NCBI GenBank assembly: GCA_028023455.1
Contig: JAQFVV010000010.1
Coordinates: 15,686,001 to 15,750,000 of the forward strand
Origin: Epiperipatus broadwayi
Taxonomy: Eukaryota > Animalia > Onychophora
DNA length: 64,000 nt
Direction: 5' to 3'
Shown: piece by piece, positions 37,190 to 50,318 of the stretch
Position numbering within the stretch: position 1 is the first letter of the stretch
How the letters are laid out: each line of letters begins with the position of its first letter
Notes under the pieces: model-generated
Told to the model about the DNA's origin: nothing
Database searches by the model: none
Seen by the model: only the letters and a program-made list of their open reading frames with translations
Program-made: the position numbers and the translations under genes

Positions 37190-39830
37190 ATCACTATCAT
37201 TTTCAATAATTAGTAATCTGCTGCAGGATGAAGGACTCTCCGAGATTTAATCCAGTTTCTCAAATCTATTAACATCTCTTCTCACATCACAACAGCAAAC
37301 TTCTATTTCATCTATCCATCTCACATGTAATCTCTCTGAAAATCTTTTGCAATCTTTTGGGATCCAGTTTAAGACTTCAAATGCCTATCTATAATCATCT
37401 CTTTTAACAGTATGTTAAACTCAGCTCCATGTCAATCTCTTAAATAAACATTTATTTTTATAGTGCTATGTTTTATAAATTGTAATACATTAATATCAGT
37501 AATATCTGTTTGTTACCTCACCCATGTATTTTATTTTCAATTCCTTCTTGTTATTTCTAATGTACATCTTTTCATATTTTGTTAAATGATCTGAAGTCTT
37601 TGTATCGCTCTTTTGTTAAATGAAGTCTTAGATCCATAACTAAGACCTGATAAGACACACATTAAAGATATTCCTTTTCAAAGTTCATAAGCATACTTTC
37701 TTTTAATATTAAGTTATTTCTACCAAAAGCACTTCATATTAGTTTAATTCTATGATTAATTTCATCCATTATTTCATCTGCAATAATAATCTGACCAAGA
37801 TATTTGTAGTTCTTCTAAATCATCATTACTGACCTTCATTTTCTTCTTTTGATCAAATCCATTCTAACATTACTTTAGTCTTTAAACGTTTATCTTTAAA
37901 ACTTTCTTACTTTCATCTGATAACTCTTGCAACATTTCCTGAAGCTCTGAAGCATTATTTGAAAAAATATCCATATTATTTGTAAAATTTATATGACTTA
38001 AATTATCTCCATTTACTATTAATCTGATTACCATTTTAATTCATAAAATATTTATTGTAAAACATATAAATTTTTTTGGAGATATGTAGTCACTCTGTTG
38101 CACACCCATATTAATGTTAATCTTCTTAGTATTACTATGTAATCTAATCATTGCTATTATATTTTGATATTCTTCAGAATATGACAATATCCTGGGTCAA
38201 TATTTTGATGAACTAATGCTTTAATCACTATAGAAATGCTTATAAAATCAAATGAATTTTCATAATCTATAAAATTCAAAGAATAGCAATTTGTATTCAT
38301 TGGCAATCCACTGTGCTAAAACCACTTTTAAATCCAGCTTGTTCTTTTGATTGGTTAAAATCTAATTCACTGTAAGCAAGTTGTAATTATTTTAGCAATA
38401 AATTTGTATAGAACTGATAAATCATTGATAAGTCTGTAATTTTTTTAATATTTTATTTATCGTCTCTTACATATAAATATTACAGCATTCTTCTAATCAT
38501 CTGGTACATCTTTATCATTTAGATATTTCATATATAACTTTGCCAATAATTTTTCTCTTTTTTTTTTATCTGCTTCTTTTAAGATATTGATTATTTCCTG
38601 GAGCTTTTCCTTTCTTCATAGAAATGCCAGGCAATTATAGCAGAAATAAGTTTCCTCAATAATTGTTTTACACATATGAAATTTATTCTCTCTTCTATAG
38701 CTTTCCTTATTAATTCACAATTATATTTTCTTATAACATCATTAACTGTTTCATATCATTTTACAAAACATCAAATATTCAATTCTTCTTAATGGATCAT
38801 TTTTATGCATTTTCATATTTCTTTTTTCTTCATACAATGTCTTCTTTCAGTAGAGAATTTATTGATAAATTGGTTTTTTCATATCAGTTATCTTTATTGC
38901 AGTTCTTAATAACATATCAGTTATCTTCCTATTGATTTTATTCAAATCTGTATTATTTTCAAAATGTATTAATATTTTAAAATGACTTACAGTGGAATGT
39001 TTGTGAAGGATAGGAATATAAACTGTGAATATTGTTTTTCATTATAATTTTTGTCTCTCTAGTTTTGCATTAACATGTATTTTATGTTTCATTAATCAAT
39101 GATCATTTCCTCCATTGAATCTATTTGATATTTATTTTCTGTTAGAACAATATCCAATTCTACTGTACCTGCATTTGGATGTTTCTAAGTCCATTTCCTT
39201 TAGCATTTCTTTCAAAGAAAGTATCTATAATAAACAGGTTTTATTTTTCTGTGAATTCCACAAGTCTGTGTCCTCTTTAATCTTTCAATCATTTACCAAT
39301 TCTAGCTTTAAAATCTTTCATAACAATTTTAAAATGTTCTTTGCTCTGATCAAAAGCATTTTATACATCTTGTTAGGGCATAAATCTGAATTATCAAAAT
39401 TTGGTGTTTTCCATTAAGTTGAATAACTAATTTTGCTACTCTGTCTGATATACCATCAATCTCAACAATGTTCTTTTTCCATTATTTATTTATAATGAAT
39501 ATCACTCCACTTGTGCTGCCAATATTTGTATCTTGTTACTAAAGGATATATCCATTCTTTAAATCAATTGCCTCTTCACCTTCTTTTCTAATTTCACAAA
39601 GTCCAACAATGCCCCATTAATATTAGACAATTCTTCCAATTCCTACAATTTTTCTTCACATGAAAATGATTTGCCTTTGTAAATAATTAACAAAAATTTT
39701 CATCGAATGGCAGCCTGGGTTTGCAATCAGATGATTCTTAGCATTCTCTGTCTTCAGCAATTAGCCCCCTTGGCTGGCAACTTTTCAGCCTCCTGAAAAT
39801 AAGAGCCAGAATTTATTTTTTTTTTGATTA
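37190..39830 (-). mobile_element. Older, degenerate RTE LINE retaining endonuclease and RT remnants
   Basis: Homologous to the 12.7 and 54.6 kb copies; 'GIVGLCEIRKEGEEAIDLKNGY' near 39550-39620; many stops. Confidence 0.85.
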
Positions 39831-40187
39831 TCTATTAAAAAAGAAAAGTTTGTTTCCACTCACGATTATTCTGCCTTCAAAAAATCTTAACTGATATTTC
39901 AGTTAATAACTATGAGGCAATTGAGAAGAAAGACAATGATTTTCTTGATCTTAAACCCAGAGGTAAAAAGTCAATAAACTTGCTAGTATGTTGGTAAGCA
40001 ACTCATCCTTGTTTATATATTATATGAATAATCATGTAGTAATAACAGCTGCAACAAAAACCTAAGGAATGGACAATAGAAATTTACTCTAATTAGTTTC
40101 TTTAAGACATCAAAAAGCAATCAAAGGGTCTTCTTTCAATTAATAGCAATTTTGATTATTTTATTAATATAGCATTAAGCAAGGGTT

Positions 40188-40329
40188 ATATTTTCTATAT
40201 ATTTTTTTTTTTTTCATATGTCATAGCATCGACCGGGAGGCGAACTCACAACCGTCTGCAACCAACTACTTGCTTGCAAGGCGACTACGTTGAGCTCTCG
40301 GCTAACAACGCTTGACATATTTTCTATAT
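40188..40329 (-). mobile_element. Short tRNA-derived SINE, second copy, 13-bp TSD
   Basis: Homologous to 5450-5553; poly(A); TSD atattttctatat at 40188-40200 and 40317-40329. Confidence 0.85.
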
Positions 40330-41054
40330 TTACATATTTATTTTTATAGTTTTTACTGAATCTATAATTATGTATTTATTTATTTTTTCAGTTGATTAAT
40401 GTGTTACTTTAATATATATGTACTTTTAATGTATATGGAAATCTTTGTTAACATTTTGTTTTGGTTGATTAATTTAATACTTTAGTATATGGGTGTGTGA
40501 TTGTAGCATTTATTGAATATGAGTATATGAAAGTTGGATTTATATTTTAACGTTTTTATATTATATTATGTGGCAGACTGTTTTAAAACTTTTCCATGGC
40601 AGATGTTAAAAATGTTCAAAAGTTGATCGTCATTAGAAATAAGCCTATAAAAAGTCAGAAGTTATAATGAATTTCTGAGATCATATAATATTTTATTAGA
40701 TAAAAAGTTTAATTTTTGTAATTTTACTTTAAAATTTAAAGCTTTGATTTTAAATGAGTTTATTAAAGAACATGTTATTACTCTGATTAAATTGATTTTT
40801 GAGTTTCAATTATTTAATTCCTACCAAAATCTTCCTCATTAACCATTTTAAATTAAATCTGGATTCCACATGTCTTGTATAACAATCATTCAGAAAATAT
40901 GATACATCTTTTTCAAAACTGTCCATACTTCTCATCCTTATAGCATTTTGTCTTTCACAAGCAATCTCAGAATAAAGGTATCATTTCAAATACCTAGAAC
41001 CTAGCCAATTGTAATTTTATATGAAAGTAATATTTTTTATCAATTGTAGTATAA

Positions 41055-41385
41055 ATATTATATAAATATATTAAATAACCTCCATACTTCCACATATTCT
41101 TTTTAAGATCTTATAAATAAAGATACAATAAAAGACAAATGCCCCCCAAGATGTATTTACACAAGGTGGATGGTGTCAAAGTTGTGGGTGGAGTAAGTAC
41201 GACACTTGTAAATCAAAATGTAACAATTTACTATAAATAAATACTCTTCCTATAATAGATATGGCCAACTGATGAGTGCTGGTTCAGCATGAAATGCATC
41301 ATTTGTCTTTTATTGTATCTTTATTTATATGATTTTAAAAAGAATATGTGGAAATATGGAGGTTGTTAATATATTTATATTACAC
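41055..41385. mobile_element. Family C foldback with hammerhead core
   Basis: Arms ~41060-41140 and ~41300-41385; ccaaCTGATGA-gtgctg gtt cagcat-GAAA-tgca-TC at 41265-41300. Confidence 0.75.
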
Positions 41386-43987
41386 ATGGGAAAGAGAAAG
41401 GTGAATAACTCCATGTGTGTGTACATTTAAATTTAAAAAATCAGATATTTTAATCTTTAATTGAGGTTTACAGTTGATATCTGTGCTAGGAATAATATCT
41501 AGTTTAGTAAATGATTAGTAATAATCATTACTGTATTTATCTGAGATGGATAGTGTCAAAGTTATGAGTGTAGTAAGTTTGGCACTCATATATCAAAATA
41601 TAACAATTATATATATATATTATAACCTTAGTAGCAGGAGTATAACCGCTATATAATCATATTTAAAGAATAATGTGTATGTGTTCCCCTATGCATACAT
41701 ATATATAATAAAGAAAGAGAAAATACACAGTTCGTAAATTAAAGGGCATTTTAAGATCTTTTTAGTTTCACCTATTTTGAATCGTGTTGAAAATAAAATC
41801 TTATTGATTTTGATAGAAAATAGAATGATGAGTTTAAATCCAGAAAAAATTATGAATTAACAATGTTTTTTTAATTGTAAATAAAATAATAAAAGTTGGA
41901 ATATAATTTATCTCTTGTAATAATAGTAGATTATTTTCTTCTTTTGTTCAAGAAAAACAAGGGAATATTTTTCTCTGGGATCCTAGATAGTACACTAGTT
42001 GTCATTATGGTAGGTGTTGCAGATAACAAAAAAGATAATCTACATTATGGTATGCGTAATGGCTACTGAAGCAGATATTGAGTAAACTTCATTCCAGTGA
42101 GAATTTACAGATTCCAAACTGCAAGATAGTTTGTCTTGCTGCAAATTGAAATTGCAATGCTTACATCAGAAGTTGTAAGAACAATGGTAAATCATTTGAC
42201 ATGTTAGGTTAGGCATGAACAAATAATATGTCACTTGAAAAATTTTGAGCATGCAGCTAATCCAATCCAGTAAATAATATCTTTACGAAAAGATATTGCT
42301 ACCTCTTATAATCTGCCATGAAAGGAAAGAACTGGACTAGGCATCTAAATTGCTGAAAACTTACATGTATTTTATATGCACTATACTAATATAAAGCTAA
42401 TTTATGTATCCAGTGTGTGAAGAGAAGACATATACGCTTCATGAAAATTTATGAAAAGACCAACTGTAATTGCAGAGAAGAAAACATATCTAAAACCTAG
42501 GATGTAAGACATTAAAGATTTGTTTAATGATAAGATATTAAGATATTCATTCTATAATATGGAAAAGAGACTTTAAATTTACAAAGATTAAAAGAAATTA
42601 ATTACTGTGTGACGGTATTCTGTATTTTACATTTGAATTACAAGCATACATTCATACTGAAAGTACATTAAATGAGGAGTTGTGTTTCACTTCATATATA
42701 TCCGAATGTGGAATTACCAGATGTAAAACTAAAATCTATGAACTGTTTGTTAATGGTTATATGTTTTATTTTATATCTATATATAAAATTACTAAACAGG
42801 AAGCAAATAAATAGATGAACTGTTTGTTGAAGATAGATTTAAGTATTGTGGGATTAATTTTCTATCTACATGTGAAAGTATTAAATGAGAAGGAAATAAA
42901 ATATATGAACTATTTATTAAAACTATCTTACTAATTTTATGCTTGATTGGAAATTTATATTTGAAATGATTATTATATAGCTACAATCAAACTACATACA
43001 TTTTGTTTTTATTAATAAATGGTTATCTTATTGTTTTATTAATACAGTTCTTTTTTTTTTTTCATAAGTTTACATATTATAACTTCAACACACACATATG
43101 CTAGTTCTTAAAAATATCCACTACTTTGAGAACATGCAAACCACTGAGGATGTGCTGGGGTGTTACAGTAATGATTTTTGAATCGATAATGATTGGTATC
43201 TTAAATAATTCTAAATAAACGTTCTCTCTTTTTTTTTTTTTGAGGTTTGGTGCCTGGAGTTTGTTCACATAAAAACCTAAAACAAATAAAATACTTTAGA
43301 ATGGTTGTGATCATAAAACTATCATTGTCCCTGTTGTTTAATTTAATTATGATGCTTTAAACCAGGATTTATAAGATTTGCAGATATATGTAATGGGATA
43401 TTCTTATATTTATCATTATAGATGTTTGTTGAACATGGAATCTTATATTTATTAAGTGTATCAATGGTTTGTTTGAGTTCTAACCCGAAACTATAGAAGT
43501 ATTATCACTACATAATTTTTTACCAGTATAATATATTTTGTAACTAATGATTATAATAAAAAGATCAAATTTATTTCATTGTCATATTTTACTGCAAGTA
43601 GTATCTCATATGTCTGTTTTGTATGGATCTATATCATATATCTTTGTCATATACATAAGAAATTAAATATCATTTTTTGCAATCTATGGGTATTTTTATC
43701 TACTTTCATTTTTACAGGCTCTGAGTATTTTTCCTACTTTTATTATATATATTTTTTATTGTAAATTATATTTATAATCATAAGACATCTACATAGACAT
43801 TTCCACAAGGGCAAATGAAAAGTAAGACAGATAATAAGGGTATCAGTATTGTTACTATTCTCATTAATATTTTACATTGCATTAAATTGGGAAAAAAGTT
43901 TTTTCCTGTTTAGTTGCCATCATGTGTAGAACTGTGATATACATATATCATGAAAAAAAATTTTAATCTTTCATCTTGTCACTATTC

Positions 43988-44436
43988 ACTTTGCAAAGTC
44001 GTAAACTTGTGTTTAAGACCTGTAGAGGTCCCTATCTTCGCATTTTTAGGTGCATATTCTTGAGGTTCATAGCCTTAATAAAATATTACTTACGTAATGT
44101 ATATGCGCTTAATAAATTTAGAATTACAACTTTAAATTATCGTAACAGATTTCTAATTATAAGAACTTTCCATTAACTCATTGTAAATCGAAAGATTTTG
44201 TGACTAATGTGTAATAGGAATTGTGGACTTAATCAGTGAAGCATTGAATAGCTTTATGCTCTCATATCTAAAAGCTTTAGTTTCATCTATTCATATAGAA
44301 AGTAGGTTGAAGTAAAGAATGGTTCCGCTCTTTTCTTCCAAAGTTGTAAGCTTGTGTTTAAGACCAGTAGAGATCCCTATCTTCGCATTTTTAGGCGCAT
44401 ACTCTTAAGGTTCATAGCCTTAATAAAATATTATTT
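43988..44436 (-). repeat. Two family D repeat copies
   Basis: 43988-44090 and 44205-44436 match the 52466-52808 arms; the second contains tcaCTGATTAagtccacaa, which resembles the family A hammerhead start. Confidence 0.75.
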
Positions 44437-45559
44437 AAAATTAATTGTAATTTATTAAAATTCTGTTTGCATAATATCTGGTATTGTACATTACTTATTA
44501 TGAAATATTCATAATATCTGGTATTGTACATTACTTATTGTGAAATATTATTTCTTTTACATTAGAAAAAAGTATATGTGCAGCAGATAGTTGCATAGAA
44601 GAACAAGTTCTGGGTCAGCTAGCAAAAATAAAACTCTTCTACGTGTCTTATTTCTAATGCTTTACAATTAAGAATTATCTCATGTAAGTCATGTTATATA
44701 TATCTTTTTTTGAAAATTTCATAAAGATATGATAAGCTGTCTAGAAAAGTGTCAGATTAAAATTTAACTCTCAAAATTTAGAATTTATGAATCTATTTAA
44801 AAAATATACATTTGTAAAAGTATTAAAATCTAATTTTTCTAACTTTTTTTTTAAAGTAATAACTATATTTTCTCAGCTTTATGACATTTCTTAATATTTG
44901 CTCTTTTTAGTAATGTAGAACACTTCACATTTAGTGCATTGATCCTGAAAATATTGTACAAATTGTATCTCAGTCCAATTGCTTTAAATTCAACATGGTA
45001 TCCATTAAACTTAAAGTATTATGAGAAGATGGAAACTTCTGAAACCATGGTCATATGCACCTGTATCTCATTTTACGATTCAAATAGATGATTGAAATGG
45101 GTATTTTGGATTTCCTTAGTTTTTAGAATTATAGAATATTGATGATTGCCCTTTTCCTTCCAATTCAAAAGATAAACTGCAACATTGTTGCCCAATAATT
45201 TTCACTTATTAACACTTTTGCAGTTCACTGCCATAAATTGTACCTTTCATATTAGCAAAAGGTTTTAATTAATATAAAAAAAATTCATATAAATATGCGT
45301 CAGAAAATTTCTAAAAATATAATGGCAAGATTATAAAATTACAAATAGATTCTTTTGATCACAGAATAATGACGATATTAAATATGTTGTAATTATAAAA
45401 AATAGCCATGGGATCAAAAGATTCCAATTTCAGAAAAAGAAAGAAAGAAAGAAAAAAATTACTTAGTCTAGAAATGAGTCTTACATGACCATTCAAATCA
45501 AACTGTGAGCCACAAATATGTCTACATTTTTCTGTTCATTTTGATATTTTATGATGCTG

Positions 45560-46700
45560 TTTTTTAATTCTGGAATATTTCAACACTATGTTTAAGTAGC
45601 TCTCCAATATATTTTCTCTTTGCCATATTTTCCCAATAGAAACAATTGACATTGTATTTCTTTAGAATGTCTTTGAGGTAATCCTTATAATGTAGACAGG
45701 ATCTTCTTCTCCCCTGAAAACCATGCTTAAGTTCACCATAAAACACTTTTTTATGAAGTCTTGCAGTGCTCATTCATTTTATATGTCTGATCCAATGAAG
45801 ATGTGATTTTACAATAATAGACTGTATAGTATCACATTTAGCAAGTTGAAGAACTTATCGATTGGTTTTTGTATTTGTCAAATTTTATGGAGCATCCTTA
45901 AATGAAATTTTCCTAACACTTTTATATTACACGATAATGTTAAGGTTCACTTCTGTATAATAAATTAGGTAAAATAACAGTTCTATAAAATTTTAAAAAT
46001 ACAATGGCTAAATCATAAAACCAATCAATATATCGTAAACTTCTCATGCATTTTGAGTATCAATTATATTGTTATCCATTAAGTACCATTGTTTTTAACA
46101 TGGTTGCATCCATATTATTTATAGTGATTTTTCTAACTAAACAAATTGTTTGTAATACTCAATTCATGTATTGTGCAAAAATTCAATAACAAACCATTAT
46201 TTCCAGTAACTTTTGGCCAAAGTTTACCCTTTTCACCAACACATGCATTAAAATTTCCAAGAAGAAAAATTCAATCTTTTAATGGTATTGCTGTAATAAT
46301 CCTGCCAAACAAAAGCTTTTTTCTCTGAATCTAAAACTGGAACAAAATGAGCACTAATACAAAGCAAGTACCATTAGCTTTTCATTAATTCAATGAAAAA
46401 TTTCAACAAAAGAAAATAGCAAATCCAACACTATGCATTCTCCTTTCACTGACTGATCTACATTTCAAAAATATACCTATCCACCTGTTCTAATAAACTC
46501 CCTTCTTCTGGGAGACAAATATCACTGGGAGCAGTTATACCAATCCTAAATCTTGACTGCTCTTCTGGTCTTGAAGAGTTTGTATCAAGTAAAATTTGCA
46601 CATTCCATGTACCTATATTTAGAAAAAATAAATTCATAATACTTATCTTTAGAACTATAACTGCCTCCTGCTTAACCACTACTATTGATATTTCTTCAAG
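45560..46700 (-). mobile_element. Internally deleted RTE (BovB-like) LINE remnant
   Basis: N-terminal 'NIGTWNVQILLD...RPE...EEGSLLEQ' (46458-46679) and C-terminal 'KVFYGELK.G...YKDYLK.ILK...WENMA' (45564-45773). Confidence 0.75.
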
Positions 46701-46837
46701 AAGTATAATAACTACTCTTTCTTATTGCATTGCCAGATGTATACCATGTAATACTAAATTGTCCAAACACTTTATTACTGTTACACAATGCTTTATTTAC
46801 CACCCTTTTTTACAGTTTACAGTTTCGATCACCCCAG

Positions 46838-46948
46838 CAATCTTCTTCAGAACTTTATATCTCCTAACCTGCCCCACAATCTTCTTCAGAACTTTATATC
46901 TCCTAACCTCAACTTCTTAAGGTTAGGAGATATAAAGTTCTGAAGAAG
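46838..46948. repeat. 33-bp tandem duplication followed by an inverted copy
   Basis: caatcttcttcagaactttatatctcctaacct at 46838-46870 and 46877-46909; inverted 29-mer at 46920-46948. Confidence 0.9.
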
Positions 46949-47402
46949 TGCTTGGACAAATTAGTATTATATGGTATACTAATGATATTATTATTTCTAC
47001 TGCTATAATGTGTAATCCACCAGGTGTGACAACCCAGATCAGATTGTAATCTGTTTTGCTGCAATTTAGAATCCATTAATTTTAGTAAATATGTACCTTG
47101 TAGCTTTTAGAGTTGAAGGAAAAATATCACAAATATAAATTTTGATACCTTTTAAAATTGCAACATCTATTCATTGTAGAAAATCCATTTTAATAAAGCA
47201 ATAATTTTTAAACTATTAAAATAGATAATTCACTAAATCTGCAGCAAAGTAGATGATCTTTAAGTAGTTTAATCATGAAATTATATTATATATGAACATT
47301 AATAAGATGTAAGATTCTTCAAATAATCCATTGCAGAACAAAGGTCATTCCAGAAATTCCTCTCCTGTATAAAGGAAAAGTGAATGAGAAGACATTACTC
47401 AC

Positions 47403-47417
47403 CAAGTTCGCCAGATG
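47403..47417 (-). CDS. Candidate alternative 15-nt in-frame microexon of ADCK1 (HLANL)
   Basis: tttctcatcatctag|CATCTGGCGAACTTG|gtgagt, phase 0/0, between coding exons 2 and 3. Confidence 0.3.
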
Positions 47418-47740
47418 CTAGATGATGAGAAAGTATTTATTTTCTTGTCTTATCTCCTAACATAATTAAACACATATTATCTAACCAAATAAAGTTGGCT
47501 AATTGGTTAACTACAGACTAGTCAGAAAGGAATCCAAACCAGATTGGAACTTGGAAAATTTTTTAAGTTTTTCCTGGATATGGAATTCAGAATCAGTTGT
47601 GATATATGGATGGCAGAAGCATTACCATTATACACAAGATCTTTATATATAAACTCAGACAAAAATATATATATATTATTTGATGGTGTTTGATAATTAG
47701 AATTTGTTATTTTCATTATTATTTACAGTAATTGTTTCTA

Positions 47741-47829
47741 ATATTTACTGAGGCTATAACCTCGACAATATGCGTATACAATGCGATAGTAGGGACCTCT
47801 ACAGGTGTTTTAACCACAAGCTTACGCTC
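47741..47829 (+). repeat. Family D repeat (partial arm)
   Basis: Near-identical to 30691-30781. Confidence 0.8.
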
Positions 47830-48247
47830 TAATTTTTTTATTATAATATGTAATGATTAAAAATTTATTTTATAAAATTACTTTTTTTGATAACGGTATT
47901 AATTTAATTAAATCAAAATTTTTTAACAAATACCAACATCCTAAGTGATAAAATTTATTGTCTGAATTAAAATTTAAAATATAATATAAACGATTTAATT
48001 AAAAATAACTACAGACTTTTTCACTTTTTTTATGCACTCGTGCTTTTCTGTTCAAAATTGCCAGAATAGTTTCAAGTTTATAATTTTCTTAATTGAGGAG
48101 CTTTGGATTTATTAAGACTATCATCTGGTAACGATCACAGCTTTTTAAAGCTTACAGAAAATGTCATAAAAAAAGTAAAAAAGTATGTTACTAAAACATC
48201 TATAAGTAAGTTGAAGTCATGTGATGTTTTATTATCATATAACTAAC

Positions 48248-48331
48248 TTCAGACTTGATTTCTTGAAATTCCTGAGATTCTGGATCAATTCTTCTAAGCG
48301 ACTTTTTATAATCCACTGCTATAGCAGCGAC
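48248..48331 (-). CDS. ADCK1: ADCK1 coding exon 2
   Basis: ttttcag|...|gttagt, 84 nt, phase 0/0; VAAIAVDYKKSLRRIDPESQEFQEIKSE aligns to ADCK1 'TAVISYDYLTSL...SEEY'. Confidence 0.9.
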
Positions 48332-48411
48332 CTGAAAATATTAAATGTGATTTATTAATGTTTTCAAACGACAAATCAGCAATTTAAATTAGTTAATACA
48401 AGTCAACTTAC

Positions 48412-48543
48412 CACCATAGCAGCACGTCCAAATCGCACAATGCCAATACTAGAAATATCCCATTTATTTTTCGCTAATAAAGTAATAGAACCACCAGCAA
48501 AACTCAATAAAAGACTATATTTAAAAAATCGCCGCCCAAACAT
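48412..48543 (-). CDS. ADCK1: ADCK1 (aarF/ABC1-domain kinase 1), first coding exon
   Basis: ATG at 48543-48541; reads MFGRRFFKYSLLLSFAGGSITLLAKNKWDISSIGIVRFGRAAMV (44 codons, transit-peptide-like, then ADCK1 'GxVRxGRA'); donor GTG|gtaagt, phase 0. A ttttag acceptor at 48564-48565 implies an upstream 5'UTR exon. Confidence 0.9.
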
Positions 48544-49477
48544 TATTTAGATTTCTGCCTGACCTAAAACACGTTAAAAAATCATAAATGTTGGAATATA
48601 ATACTTTTTCTATTTTATATCGCATATAAAATAAAGCTACAAGTTTTACATAAAAATTAAGAATGCTATACAACTCTTTAATACAAGGAAAGTCACCTTA
48701 AACTGTCTTAGAAAAAAATTATCCAGCAGCTGTTGCTTTTTCATAATTAAGAATTATTTGTTCAAAATCCTTAAATTTGGTAGGTATATGTCTCAGGCTA
48801 AGGAAAAAGTTAATATATTATTCATACTAATCATGTTTGTTTCAAAATAGCACGATATAAAAATTATATTTACAGAGATCATTTTAATTTTAGTCAATAT
48901 AATCAATAATTATAAACACAATGTAAAATTTTATCCACAAGTACATAAAATTTTAAATGGACAACTGATTTCAATATATGTATAATTAAGATTCCTCAGC
49001 AAACAAAAATTAGCAAATTAGCATTATGACCTGGAATATTGTTGCTAATGAAAACTTTATTTAATAATACTTAGTAAAGGGAGGAAAAAGTCTTTAGTAG
49101 GAATAAGAATGTGCAATGTGAATTTTTCAGGTCTTAACTTTTATTATTAAAAAGATAACACTTTTAATAATGCATTTTATATCTGGACATGGAGTTAACT
49201 TAATTTGCTAAGGAATTCACTAATTGTATTCATATTAAAATTTAAGTACTTTATATACTTATGAATTAAATTTTACATTCAGATTACGATTATTGAGCAT
49301 ATTGTACTGTAACAAAAATTATTATCTTAGTAGGAAATGTATCTGAAAGTTTGTGATAATGATATTTTAGTAATAATTATATATTAGACTAACTCCATCA
49401 TCTAACATTGATTGTTAAATGTCTTTAAAAAAATTCAAACTTTATTTAAACTTTTCAAATACTTTCGTTTATTAATA

Positions 49478-49830
49478 ATAGCACACAGGTCGGTATATAC
49501 ACAATGCTTGAGTGGTGGTGTTCTACTATTTTCTTCAAGTATTGCTGACAATTATTTAACCAGTTAGAATAGCCTAGTTGGTTAGCGTTACAGTCTAAAT
49601 TCAATATTCACTTATCTAAAAGTCCATGTTTGATTCCTATACTGGTACTGTTAATGGTCAGGGAAGTATCTCCTGAAGAAGAGAGAATCTGCACTCAAAC
49701 ATTGTATAATATACTAACCTGTGGGCTACTACTACCAGTTGAATGTATATGAAACATTTAAATTTTCAATTTTTTTTAGAGATGTAACAATTAATATCAG
49801 ACGATGAAAATAGTCCAACATATTTATCAT
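49478..49830 (+). mobile_element. Third copy of the tRNA-headed hammerhead-like element, with a short inverted 5' fragment
   Basis: tagcctagttggttagc...gtttgattcc...ctcCTGAAGAagag at 49570-49685; 49478-49520 is an inverted piece of the same element. Confidence 0.7.
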
Positions 49831-49972
49831 CATTACATATATTCTTTGAATATCAAAAATCTTCTTAAGAATTTATTTATTGTTCTGAATTCCAATATTA
49901 TAGATTCCTCAATTTTATAACTTTTGTCCACATTTTATTCAATCTTATCATGTTTTCATTGATTTATCAAAC

Positions 49973-50318
49973 GGTAGTTGTAACTTATGCCACATGTGGC
50001 CTCCAGGTGATGCCGCAGAACCATCAACAAGCGAATTGGGTAGTTGTAACTTATGCCAACATGTGACAAATTGTTGATTGGGGGGGTGGGTTTGTCATAT
50101 TTTCATCGATATCTGTTTTTTTTAATTTGAATTTTATAGCATTTTCTTGTTTTTTATAATTTGTACTTTTGATGTATTTGTTTGATTGCTTCGGGCACTT
50201 TTTTTTTTTATGATTTCAGTGTTTTTATTTTTATTTTTATCACTTGCAGGCTTCTTGCCGCTTGTTGATGGTACTGCAGCATCACCGGCGGCCATATGTG
50301 GTGTAAGTTACAACTACC
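49973..50318. mobile_element. MITE-like element with ~65-bp terminal inverted repeats
   Basis: ggtagttgtaacttatgccacatgtggcc...ccatcaacaagcg versus its reverse complement at 50255-50318. Confidence 0.7.

Noticed and set aside
41900-42750. Decayed coding-like stretch, possibly a transposase
   Set aside because: Stops in all frames and no motif I could name with confidence.
43135-43175. ccaCTGAGGA-tgt...aca-GTAA, plus cccGAAActatag at ~43485
   Set aside because: Too degenerate to call; possibly old pLTR remnants.
44488-44550. Short two-copy tandem repeats (also ~14080-14150, ~26120-26250, ~51025-51235)
   Set aside because: Ordinary local duplications; no repeat-spacer pattern, so not CRISPR-like.
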